64,000 bases of DNA, taken from positions 95,728,001-95,792,000 of the forward strand of contig NC_042998.1 of NCBI RefSeq assembly GCF_006345805.1, in the 5' to 3' direction. The position numbers and the translations under genes are program-made. This document shows, piece by piece, positions 1 through 10,112 of the stretch. Under the pieces are notes generated by a model. It worked only from the letters and a program-made list of their open reading frames with translations. It was not told the origin of the DNA and made no database searches. Each line of letters begins with the position of its first letter. Within the stretch, counting starts at the first letter, position 1. This DNA comes from Octopus sinensis (taxonomy: Eukaryota).

Positions 1-44
1 ATTAACATACGTTAATACCATAATATTTAACTAACTGGTTGGGG

Positions 45-240
45 ACTCTGGTTTAGCACGCCAGGCGAAATGCTTAGCGCATTTCGCCCGTCTTTACTTT
101 ATGAGTTCAAATTCTGTCGGGGTCGTCTTTGCCTTTCATCCTTTCGAGGTTGATATATGAGGACCAGTTGAGCACTGGGGACGATACAACCGACTTACCA
201 CCTCCTCCAAAATTGCTGGCCTGGTGCCAAAATTTGTAAT
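45..240 (+). mobile_element. tRNA-derived SINE family B (Meta/MESC-like core), degenerate
   Basis: ttagcacgccaggcgaaatgcttagc ... gagttcaaattc ... gcctttcatcctttcg matches copies at 11.4-11.9 kb, 19.3 kb, 37.2 kb, 44.2 kb, 50.4 kb and 60.2 kb. Confidence 0.8.
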
Positions 241-288
241 CAGTGTGGGGACAAGTGGCTGATGGTGTTCGTCTGCGGACATGGTAAC

Positions 289-405
289 TAGGTAGGCTGG
301 TTGGTAGGTAGGTAGGTAGGTATGTAGGTAGGTAGGTAGGAAACTAGGTAGGTATATATGTAGATAGGTAGATCGGCAGGTAAGTAGGTAGGTAGGTAGG
401 TAGGA
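289..405. repeat. (GTAG)n microsatellite
   Basis: Direct reading. Confidence 0.9.
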
Positions 406-2240
406 TACATACTTTTTGTTATGGTTTCTAATTTAGGCTCAAAACCAGAATTTTGAGGAGAGGAGTGAATCAATACCATTGAGACCTGTACTTGACTGAA
501 CCTTTATCTTATCAACCCCGAAAGAATGAAGAGCAAAGTCGACTCTGGCAGGATCAACTTTGCCATTCATCCTTTCGGGGTTTATAACTATAACACCAGT
601 TCAGTAGGGTAGAGTGGTAAAATGATTAGAGCGTCTTGCAATATTTGTTCCAGCTTTTTGAATTCTGAGTTCAAATCCCACCATGGCTTACTCGGATGAC
701 AGACTTAATTCGTCGCCTGGCTTAACAACCCTACTTAGTCCTTAGGCGCCTTTAGCAAGTTTTTAGACCAGTTCATTCCTCTCTTCTTTCTTCTGGCCTT
801 AGAGGCCCTGTGAAGGGCTATGAGCACTGCCCTTCCCTTCAAGTTAAGAAGTGAGAAGTGCCATGTGACAAAAAGAAAAAAAAAAAAGAAAATTCTTTGA
901 ATTAATTATTGGCGTTGGTGACCATCAGCCAGGTTTTTCAGATTGCAGTTTTTACCTGACTGATAAAACTATTGAATCGGTTTGCCACCAGACTCATTTT
1001 TCACTGGTGTGATTCTAAAGACATGCATTACTGCTATGTTACTGCAGCTTATTTTATTGCTTTATCGAATTAGGAGAGATTAAACGAAATTAATAATTGC
1101 AACCTAAAACTAAAAAGTTACCGAGCTACAAATTGTAAATCGTTCAAATATTTTGTCCACCCACCAAGTTACTGTTGAGGCAGCTAATATTGGAAGTGTC
1201 AAAAAACTAAGAATTTCTCAATAACAATATGTTCTTCCAGAATTACAGTTTGAACACGGGCCGATATTATTTAATGAGTTTTAAGTGTTCTAATTATTTT
1301 TCTAAACAAATACCCACCAGCCTTATCGTGATAAAATGCGAAATACTTCACAACACTCGTTGCTTAGCCTTTAGTCACTATAATTACACAGGCATATGAC
1401 CAAAATACTCCAGACATAACCATCCCATCTCTTTGTCTATGACTCAGTGTCCAATGTGCTCTCTTTTTTAAGACAATGTGGGGGGGGGGGAGGATTCTGA
1501 AGAATTTGGTTGCTATTTCTAACAGGCTAAGCAACAATCTTTTCTTTTATAGGTACAAGGCCTGAAATTCTGGAGTGCTCAACTGGTACTTATTTCAACG
1601 ACCAAGAAAGGATGAAAGGCAAAAGTCAATCTCGACAGAATTTGAACCCAGAAGAAATGGTGATGAGCATTTTGTCCGACGTGCTAACGATTCTACTGGC
1701 AAGAGCCAAAGTTCTATAAATATAATAAGAAACCAGATTGTATCATAACTTCAAAACCAAAACCCAAAACCCAATTGAATCCGTTTCACCTGATTTAACA
1801 ACTAATGCTCTTACAAATGCTATGAAAATCACAACTTTTCTATTTTCTAATCAAAATGTTACGATTATTAAAGATTATTAGAAAATAGAATCTTCGTTTG
1901 TTTTTCAGCTGGCCACTTTTGCACTTTATGTTAACCTACTTTTCCATTTCTTTTTTGTATAACCATAAGGTGGCTGTATGGTTAAGACATTTGCTTCCCA
2001 ACTATGTGGTCATTGGTTTAGTCAAACTGCACGGCATCTTGGGTAAGTCTCTTCCTCTATAGCCCCTGGACCGGGCAAAACCTTCTGCAAGAATTTATTA
2101 AGCGAAAATTGAAAGAAGTCTGACATGCACAAACACACATGCGCACACACATATATTTTTATGTATGTATGCGTATATGTGTTGTTATTTCAAGTAATAT
2201 GCATATATATATCTATATATATATATAAATAATATATATA

Positions 2241-2280
<40 letters not shown>

Positions 2281-2283
<3 letters not shown>

Positions 2284-2660
2284 CGTAGGAGTGGCTGTGT
2301 GGTAAGTAGCTTGTTTACAAACCACATGGTTCCGAGTTCAGTCCCACTACGTGGCACCTTGGTCAAGTGTTTTCTACTATAGCCTCGGGCCGACCGAAGC
2401 CTTGTGAGTGGATTTGGTAGATGGAAACTGAAAGAAGCCCGTCGTATATATGTATACATTTGTGTGTCTGTGTTTGTCCCTCAACATTGCTTGACAACCG
2501 ATGCTGGTGTGTTTACGTCCGTGTAACTTAGCGGTTCGGCAAAAGAGACCGATAGAATAAGTACTAGGCTTCCAAAGAATAAGTCCTTGGGTTGATTTGC
2601 TTGACTAAGGCGGTGCTCCAGCATGGTCACAGTCAAATGACTGAAACAGTAAAAGATTAA
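2281..2660 (+). mobile_element. tRNA-derived SINE family A (CORE-like box), near full length, inserted at (TA)n
   Basis: Head ggcgtaggagtggctgtgtggtaag ... gagttcagtccc (A/B-box-like), ggcaccttggtcaagtg, and tail ggcggtgctccagcatgg...aaatgactgaaac. More than 10 copies in the window. Confidence 0.88.
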
Positions 2661-2696
2661 AAAGCATACATATATATATATATATCTATATATAAT

Positions 2697-2738
<42 letters not shown>

Positions 2739-2984
2739 CATATATCTATACATACATATAATAACAAAATAATAAATAAAACATATGCATATATACATAT
2801 ATGTACGTACCTATATCTATATGTATATATACATGCATACATGAGTACAGGACACCAAATAAAAACGTCGAACACAATGAGAAACGAAAGCATAAACACA
2901 AACCAAGGAAATGGACATTTTTCTTAAACAACGAAAAAATAGAGTACAAGACACAACCAGGAACATTCCCCTTCTTAAGCCGCC

Positions 2985-3042
<58 letters not shown>

Positions 3043-3292
3043 TAAGAATATATACATACATATTATATACTAATTAATCAATATAGGGAGGCAAAAAAAA
3101 TTTTGTAGAATTCTTTTGCCCCAGCGGCCTAGTGGGAAAAAATTAAATAGTCGTAAACCATTTTTAAGTTCATATCACAATCAAGGAACGGCCATAATAG
3201 GCCATTCACCCCTAGAAATAACAGCCAAAAGCTTCAACGCAAAAAACATTAATTCCGTAAATCAGGAGAAAATTAAAAAACATTTACCCTGA

Positions 3293-3395
3293 ATTCCTTA
3301 TACGATGCACCGTTTCTTCTTCTGTTTAATGGTAACTAACGTGATTAAATTAAATCAGCCATCTACCATAGGCCCTTAGATTCATCAGTAAGAAT
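3293..3395 (-). ncRNA. Type I hammerhead ribozyme motif, array copy 1 (small indels)
   Basis: Reverse complement has CTGATGA (3388-3382) ... GAAAC GGTGCATC GTA (3303-3301) followed by TAAGGAAT. Confidence 0.7.
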
Positions 3396-3773
3396 AGCCA
3401 AATCGGAACAGATATTTTTCACGAGGCATTCTCGTCCATGCCTCGCCAATATCTGACCTAAAATTTTCAAATCGTCGCACTCGCGCAAATTTATCGGCAG
3501 CAAATAAATATAAGCCGCCGATTCCATTACGGAACCAACAGAAAATTCATAATTAATCAATATAGGGAGGCAAAAAAATTTTGTAGAATTCTTGTGCCCC
3601 CAGCGGCCTAGTGGGAAAAAATTAAATAGTCGTAACCATTTTTAAGTTCAATATCACAATCAAGGAACGGCCATATAGGCCCTTTCACCCACTAGAAATA
3701 ACAGCCAAAAGCTTCAACCGCAAAATAACATTAATTCCGTAAATCAGGAGAAAATTAAAAACTTTACCCTGAA

Positions 3774-3880
3774 ATTCCTTATACGATGCACCGTTTCTTC
3801 CACTGTTTAATGGTAAACTAACGTGATTAAATTAAATCAAGCCAATCTACCATAGGCCCTTAGATTCATCAGTAAGGAAT
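3774..3880 (-). ncRNA. Type I hammerhead ribozyme motif, array copy 2
   Basis: On the minus strand: ATTCCTTA-CTGATGA (3872-3866) ... GAAACGGTGCATCGTA-TAAGGAAT, with an 8-bp stem I. Confidence 0.78.
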
Positions 3881-4268
3881 AGCCAATCGGAACAGATATT
3901 TTTCACGAGGCATTCTCGTCCATGCCTCGCCATATCTGACCTAAAATTTTCAAATCGTCGCACTCGCGCGCCAAATTTATCGGCAGCAAATAAATATAGC
4001 CGCCGATTCCATTACGGAACCAACCAGAAAATTCATAATTAATCATATGGGAGGCAAAAAAAATTTTGTAGAATTCTTTGCCCCAGCGGCCTAGTGGGAA
4101 AAAATTAAATAGTCGTAAACCATTTTTAAGTTCAATATCACAATCAAGGAACGGCCATAATAGGCCATTCACCCACTAGAAATAACAGCCAAAAGCTTCA
4201 AACAAAAAGCATCGCAAAATAACATTAATTCCGTAAATCAGGAGAAAATTAAAAACATTTACCCTGAA

Positions 4269-4375
4269 ATTCCTTATACGATGCACCGTTTCTTCTACTG
4301 TTTAATGGTAAACTAACGTGATTAAATTAAATCAAGCCAATCTACCATAGGCCCTTAGATTCATCAGTAAGGAAT
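4269..4375 (-). ncRNA. Type I hammerhead ribozyme motif, array copy 3
   Basis: On the minus strand: ATTCCTTA-CTGATGA (4367-4361) ... GAAACGGTGCATCGTA (GTA at 4279-4277)-TAAGGAAT. Confidence 0.8.
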
Positions 4376-5183
4376 AGCCAAATCGGAACAGATATTTTTC
4401 ACGAGGCATTCTCGTCCATGCCTCGCCAATATCTGACCTAAAATTTTCAAATCGTTCGCACTCGCGCCAAATTTATCGGCAGCAATAAATTAAGCCGCCG
4501 ATTCCATTACGGAACCAACCAGAAAATTCATAATTAATCAATATAGGGAGGCAAAAAAAATTTTGTAGAATTCTTTTGCCCCCAGCGGCCTAGTGGGAAA
4601 AAATTAAATAGTCGTAAACCATTTTTAAGTTCAATATCACAATCAGGAACGCCATAATAGGCCATTCACCCACTAGAAATACAGCCCAAAAGCTTCAACG
4701 GCAAAATAACATTAATTCCGTAAATCAGGAGAAAATTAAAAAACATTTAACCCTGAAATTCCTTATACGATGCACCGTTTCTTCTACTGTGTTAAATGGT
4801 AAACTAACGTGATTAATTTTTTAATTTTCTCCTGATTTACGGAATTAATGTTATTTTGCGGTTGAAGCTTTTGGCTGTTATTTCTAGTGGGTGAATGGCC
4901 TATTATGGCCGTTCCTTGATTGTGATATTGAACTTAAAAATGGTTTACGACTATTTAATTTTTTCCCACTAGGCCGCTGGGGCAAAAGAATTCTACAAAA
5001 TTTTTTTTGCCTCCCTATATTGATTAATTATGAATTTTCTGGTTGGTTCCGTAATGGAATCGGCGGCTTAATTTATTTGCTGCCGATAAATTTGGCGCGA
5101 GTGCGACGATTTGAAAATTTTAGGTCAGATATTGGCGAGGCATGACGAGAATGCCTCGTGAAAATATCTGTTCCGATTTGGCT

Positions 5184-5304
5184 ATTCTTACTGATGAATC
5201 TAAGGGCCTATGGTAGATTGGCTTGATTTAATTTATTTTAACACGTTAGTTTACTACTAAAACTAGAACAGTAAGAAGCAAAGACGGTGCATCGTATAAG
5301 GAAT
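5184..5304 (+). ncRNA. Type I hammerhead motif, array copy 4 (GAAA box corrupted)
   Basis: CTGATGA at 5191-5197 and CGGTGCATCGTA-TAAGGAAT with GTA ending at 5296. Many indels in stem II and the GAAA box. Confidence 0.55.
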
Positions 5305-5687
5305 TTCAGGGTAAATGTTTTTTAATTTTCTCCTGATTTACGGAATTAATGTTATTTTGCGGTTGAAGCTTTTTGGCTGTGTATTTTCTAGTGGGTGAAT
5401 GGCCTATTATGGCCGTTCCTTGATTGTGATATTGAACTTAAAAATGGTTTACGACTATTTAATTTTTTCCCACTAGGCCGCTGGGGGCAAAAGAATTCTA
5501 CAAAATTTTTTTTGCCTCCCTATATTATTAATTATAATTTTCTGGTTGGTTCCGTAATGGAATCGGCGGCTTATATTTATTTGCTGCCGATAATTTGGCG
5601 CGAGTGCGACGATTTGAAAATTTTAGGTCAGATATTGGCGAGGCATGGACGAGAATGCCTCGTGAAAATATCTGTTCCGATTTGGCT

Positions 5688-5791
5688 ATTCCTTACTGAT
5701 GAATCTAAGGCCTATGGTAGATTGGCTTGATTTAATTAATCACGTTAGTTTACCATTAAACAGTAGAAGAAACGGTGCATCGTATAAGGAT
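5688..5791 (+). ncRNA. Type I hammerhead ribozyme motif, array copy 5
   Basis: ATTCCTTA, CTGATGA 5696-5702, GAAA 5769-5772, GTA ending at 5784, then TAAGGA. Confidence 0.78.
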
Positions 5792-6171
5792 TTCAGGGTA
5801 AATGTTTTTTTTTTCTCCTGATTTACGGAATTAATGTTATTTTGCGGTTGAAGCTTTTTGGCTGTTATTTCTAGTGGGTGAATGGCCTTTATGGCCGTTC
5901 CTTGATTGTGATATTGAACTTAAAAATGGTTTACGACTATTTAATTTTTTCCCACTAGGCCGCTGGGGGCAAAAGAATTCTACAAAATTTTTTTTGCCTC
6001 CCTATATTGATTAATTATGAATTTTCTGGTTGGTTCCGTAATGGAATCGGCGGCTTATATTTATTTGCTGCCGATAATTTGGCGCGAGTGCGACGATTTG
6101 AAAATTTTAGGTCAGATATTGGCGAGGCCATGGACAGAATGCCTCGTGAAAATATCTGTTCCGATTTGGCT

Positions 6172-6278
6172 ATTCCTTACTGATGAATCTAAGGGCCTAT
6201 GGTAGATTGGCTTGATTTAATTTAATCACGTTAGTTTACCATTAAACAGTAGAAGAAACGGTGCATCGTATAAGGAAT
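6172..6278 (+). ncRNA. Type I hammerhead ribozyme motif, array copy 6
   Basis: Stem I ATTCCTTA (6172-6179) / TAAGGAAT (6271-6278), CTGATGA 6180-6186, long stem II 6187-6254, GAAA 6255-6258, stem III ACGG-TGCA-TCGT. Predicted cleavage after GTA at 6270. Confidence 0.8.
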
Positions 6279-6449
6279 TTCAGGGTAAATGTTTTTTAAT
6301 TTTCTCCTGATTTACGGATTAATGTTATTTTGCGGTTGAAGCTTTTTGGCTGTTATTTCTAGTGGGTGAATGGCCTATTATGGCCGTTCCTTGATTGTGA
6401 TATATATATACATATATACATACATAACACAACACACACACACACACAC

Positions 6450-6483
<34 letters not shown>

Positions 6484-6629
6484 ATATATATATCACATAT
6501 ATACATACATACATATATATATTATTTTTTATTTAATCTAGTTTAGCTCACGAGCTGTGGCCAGGCTGGGCATATACATATTATATATAATATAATATAA
6601 TATATATATATATACAACACAACACACAC

Positions 6630-6697
<68 letters not shown>

Positions 6698-6699
6698 GG

Positions 6700-7650
6700 A
6701 AAGTAGGAGAAAAAATAAAGCGAAAATGCACATTGAATATCAAAAAATAAAGCTTTTTAATGAAAAGTAGCGATAACTATATAGAATTAGATGAACTTTC
6801 GGAGGTGTCTTCAGCTCTGGTGTTGAGTGCATTTCTTCTTTCTCCATTTTTCTTCTGTTCTTTGGTGTCTTTGATGCAGCTTTAACAAATGTCAGCGGAC
6901 AACTGACCATCCTGCCAAAATTCCCTTTAAATACTCCCCGGTAGGCTCCAGCTGCCAGCACCAGCTGTCACGTGACACTGACTGAGCTTCAACTAACCAA
7001 TGGAGGGGAAGGGCGCGTAATTTTAGCCCACGCCATCTCTAAACCTGCCTTCCAGCAGTTAGTTTCGGTTCCAGCTGTCAGAGCTGATCAGATCTTTTGG
7101 TGGTACAAGCCTTCGGACCAAGAGGCGGAGGCGCTATGAACGAGACTGCTACCTTGGCCCACCTGTCAATCAGCGATGCTGCATAAGTGTCAACCAGTCT
7201 CACCTAGCGACGCTGTTTCCCAGTCGGCCTTTATGGCTTTCAAGCCATTTTAGGTCTTCTCGCTTCAGCCATATATAGAAGCTGGCTTTTTCGACTGCCT
7301 CCTGTATCCTCCTTATTACTTTCCTCAGCTCTGAGCTCGAAAAAGAAAACGCTCTTTTGTATACAGTCGTCATTTTCCTTTCAATGAAGCCTCTAACCCC
7401 CCACTGCCAGGTGATAATACTCGACAGTCCATCCCTCTTCTCTGCACTCTTCGCTTAATACATCTCCTTCTGTTGCTCTGCATTAGCGATGTTGTCTTTC
7501 CATGGCACTGTCAGCTCTAGCAAAATTCAAATTCTCCGTTTTGTGTTCCATAGAATCAAGTCCAGTTTTTTGTCGTTTTTTTTTGCGTGGAAATATTAAC
7601 AGTCTTTCCAAATCCTCGGCTAGCTCCCAGTATCATTTCCATCTTTCGTC
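6700..7650 (-). mobile_element. 5'-truncated, decayed R2-superfamily (HERO-like) non-LTR retrotransposon: restriction-like endonuclease C-terminus plus 3'UTR
   Basis: Manual minus-strand translation with stops and frameshifts: WELAEDLERLLIFP ... LDLILWNTKRRI*ILLELTVPWKDNIANAEQQK ... CREEGW ... VRGFIE ... IQEAVEKASFYIWLKREDLKW. Confidence 0.8.
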
Positions 7651-7696
7651 TGTCTCGTATATTTTATTTGAAGAATAAGTAAAAAGTAAAAAGTAA

Positions 7697-7734
<38 letters not shown>

Positions 7735-7737
<3 letters not shown>

Positions 7738-8497
7738 CAAAATCGAACACACATACACAAGGCGTGTGTATTGTTAGTTCGTGGGTCGACTGCGTTTTTT
7801 AGGCGTAAGAGAACATCTCCCCAAAGTGACTGGCGTTAAAATACCTGTAAGTATGTCATACGCAAACAAGACAGCGTACATCAGGTCCTTCCTCGGAGCA
7901 ACAGACATCGATGTTTAGATATTATTGTGACTTTTCAATGCTGTGTACCGAACAAGGCCTTCTGCAAGTTATGTCACTGAATGTGACTATAAGCTAAATG
8001 GGTTGAAAATCATCTGCTAGTATGTCCCAACGTTTCATGCCACAGAAAAAATTCAAATATGGATTAGAAGCAGCTCGATGAATATAAACAAAATCGAACA
8101 CGCATACATAAGGTGTGTTGTTAGTTCGTGGATCGGCTGCGTCTTTAGGGGTAAGAGTATGTGTTCTGAATGCGCCTGGTGTTAAAACACCTGAAAGTAA
8201 GTCATACGCAAGCGAGACAACTCACATAAGGTCCCTTCTCGAAACAGGCCTTGCTCGGTATGCGGCATTGAAAAGTCACAAGAATGACAAAACATCGATG
8301 TCTGCTGCTCTGAGAAGGAACATAATGTAAGTTATTTCGCTTGCCTGTGACATACTTTCAGGTGTTTTAACACCAGGGCATTGAGAATATATTATCTTAC
8401 TCCTAAAAATGCAACCGACCCACGAACTAACAATACACAGATCTTGTGTACGTGTGTTCGATTTTGCTTATATACCTCAAGCTGCTTCTAATTCATA
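7735..8497. mobile_element. Three diverged copies of a ~190-260 bp repeat (two direct, one inverted), Penelope-like pLTR relic with decayed hammerhead
   Basis: aaaatcgaacac...ttgttagttcgtgg at ~7738 and ~8090, with the reverse complement at ~8418-8466. Hammerhead-like GCGGCA-TTGAAAA-GTCA..TGAC-AAAAC-ATCGAT-GTC-TGCTGC at 8262-8308. Confidence 0.6.
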
Positions 8498-8693
8498 GGG
8501 ACTCTTAAAGTCAAAACTACCAAAATAAATAAGTACATCGTACCGAATGCAACTCTCGAAGCAAGTCATTTAAAAACAGAATTCAGGTGCATATCACTGT
8601 GATTTCATAATTAGTGCAGTAGTGCACTTTTTAATCCTCAGTGCAAGCATAATTCAAGATTTACAGCGTGTGGCATTTATGTATAGTAATGCC

Positions 8694-8794
8694 CTCTATA
8701 TAATATAAATAAAAATATATTTAAGAGAGAAAATTGGTGGATTTTTCTCTTATGAGGTTTTTCACGCTAACTACTTGATAAATTCTTATAAATA

Positions 8795-8830
<36 letters not shown>

Positions 8831-8869
8831 TGTATGTATGTATGTATGTATGTATGTATGTATGTATAA

Positions 8870-8901
<32 letters not shown>

Positions 8902-9210
8902 ATGCCTATCTGTGTGAATCCTAAAACTTTAGAACTACGCAACCAGTTTCATACAAATTTTACACATGCTTTACTTGGGGTCCATGTAGTGTCATAGGTC
9001 AAAATATTTTTAACTTCTTGCCTAGTGCGAGCCCACAGCAATATCATATCTTCTCCACTATGTCAGTATTACAGCAACACCTCTCTATGTCAGTGAAACA
9101 GCAACACCTCTCTATGTCAGTGAAACAGCAACACCTCTCTATTGTAATGTCAGATACTTTCACTTTAATAGTTTCACTTTAATAATGAAAGCATTAAAGT
9201 GTAAATATTA
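8694..9210 (+). mobile_element. Probable Helitron/Helentron-type non-autonomous 5' portion with an internal 27-bp tandem repeat
   Basis: TCtatataat start, (TATG)n tract, then aactttagaactacgcaaccagtttcatacaaattttacac (HINE/DINE-like block). acagcaacacctctctatgtcagtgaa occurs about 3 times at 9071-9140. No 3' CTAG end identified. Confidence 0.45.
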
Positions 9211-9216
9211 TCTCAC

Positions 9217-9254
<38 letters not shown>

Positions 9255-9255
<1 letters not shown>

Positions 9256-9615
9256 GGAAGCACTCCGTCGGTTACGACGACGAGGGTTCCGGTTGATCCG
9301 AATCAACGGAACAGCCTGCTCGTGAAATTAACGTGTAAGTGGCTGAGCACTCCACAGACACGTGTACCCTTAACGTAGTTCTCGGAGATATTCAGCGTGA
9401 CACAGAGAGTGACAAAGCCGGCCCTTTGAAATACAGGTACAACAGGAAGTAAGAGTGAGAGAAAGTTGTGATGAAAGAGTATAGCAGGGATCACCACCAT
9501 CCCCTGCCGGAGCCTCGTGGAGCTTTTAGGTGTTTTCACCCAATAAACACTCACAACGCCCGGTCTGGGAATCGAAACCGCGATCCTATGACCGCGAGTC
9601 CGCTGCCCTAACCAC
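9255..9615 (-). mobile_element. tRNA-derived SINE family C
   Basis: Minus-strand head gtggttagggcagcggactcgcgg...ggtttcgattccc (A and B boxes). Second copy at ~42795-42975. Confidence 0.82.
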
Positions 9616-9647
9616 ACATATATATATATATAATATATATATATATA

Positions 9648-10023
9648 CACTACCGTCAGAAATTAATTAGCACCCTTGATTTGCTCTTCACTCAAGGTAT
9701 GTGCTGTCACCTAGTGGCCATATCTCGAACTATTGCTTTGTTGCGAGTTCACTGTTGCGCAGAACGATGACGTAACTTGTTTGCAGAGCAGTTTGAGAGT
9801 CTACAGCCTTATGATGTTGACATAGCAGTGCAACAACTTGGAGTGCGGATGCAGACAAATCTTCCTTGTTTAATAGATATAGGTAGCGCCTCGCAAGGAC
9901 CGAAATCACACCATACTAAGTTTTCTCATCGCGTAAGACCGTTTTGAACAGCTCATAAGGTTAATTGATTTAACCTATTTAATGTAGAAATTTGAGAAGT
10001 GCTAATTAATTCTGACGCAAGTG
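9648..10023. mobile_element. Tc1/mariner-type MITE (376 bp) in (TA)n
   Basis: TIRs CACTACCGTCAGAAATTAATTAGCAC / GTGCTAATTAATTCTGACGCAAGTG, with TA on both sides. Confidence 0.8.
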
Positions 10024-10036
10024 TATATATTATATA

Positions 10037-10112
<76 letters not shown>

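Larger units (their letters stand above)
3071..6402. repeat. Tandem array of a ~480-495 bp monomer (about 3.6 units in one orientation, then about 3.3 inverted), candidate non-LTR retrozyme locus, flanked by (TA)n
   Basis: Marker atatagggaggcaaaaa recurs at ~3081, 3560, 4046 and 4541. Its reverse complement recurs at ~5010, 5515 and 5997. Orientation switches at ~4816. Each unit has a hammerhead fold. Confidence 0.95.

Noticed and set aside
3363-6205. Repeated ORFs (MNGLLWPFLDCDIELK..., MESAAYIYLLP...) in the array
   Set aside because: Frames differ between copies, starts are GTG/TTG or internal, and no domain is recognisable. The RNA structure explains the sequence better.
3071-6402. Helitron tandem array or CRISPR-like interpretation of the array
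   Set aside because: No TC...CTAG head-to-tail junction and only a 4-bp hairpin before CTAG. Units are wholly repeated with no unique spacers.
6790-6816. CTGAAGAcacctccGAAA on the minus strand as a hammerhead
   Set aside because: No pairable stem II or stem I. At best a deleted relic in the LINE 3'UTR.
8321-8332. Alternative AT|GTAAGT donor for the innexin split start
   Set aside because: Lies inside a repeat relic, outside the CpG-depleted gene-body domain and without promoter context.
9560-9615. tRNA genes at SINE heads
   Set aside because: A/B-box-like heads continue into SINE bodies and do not form complete cloverleaves.
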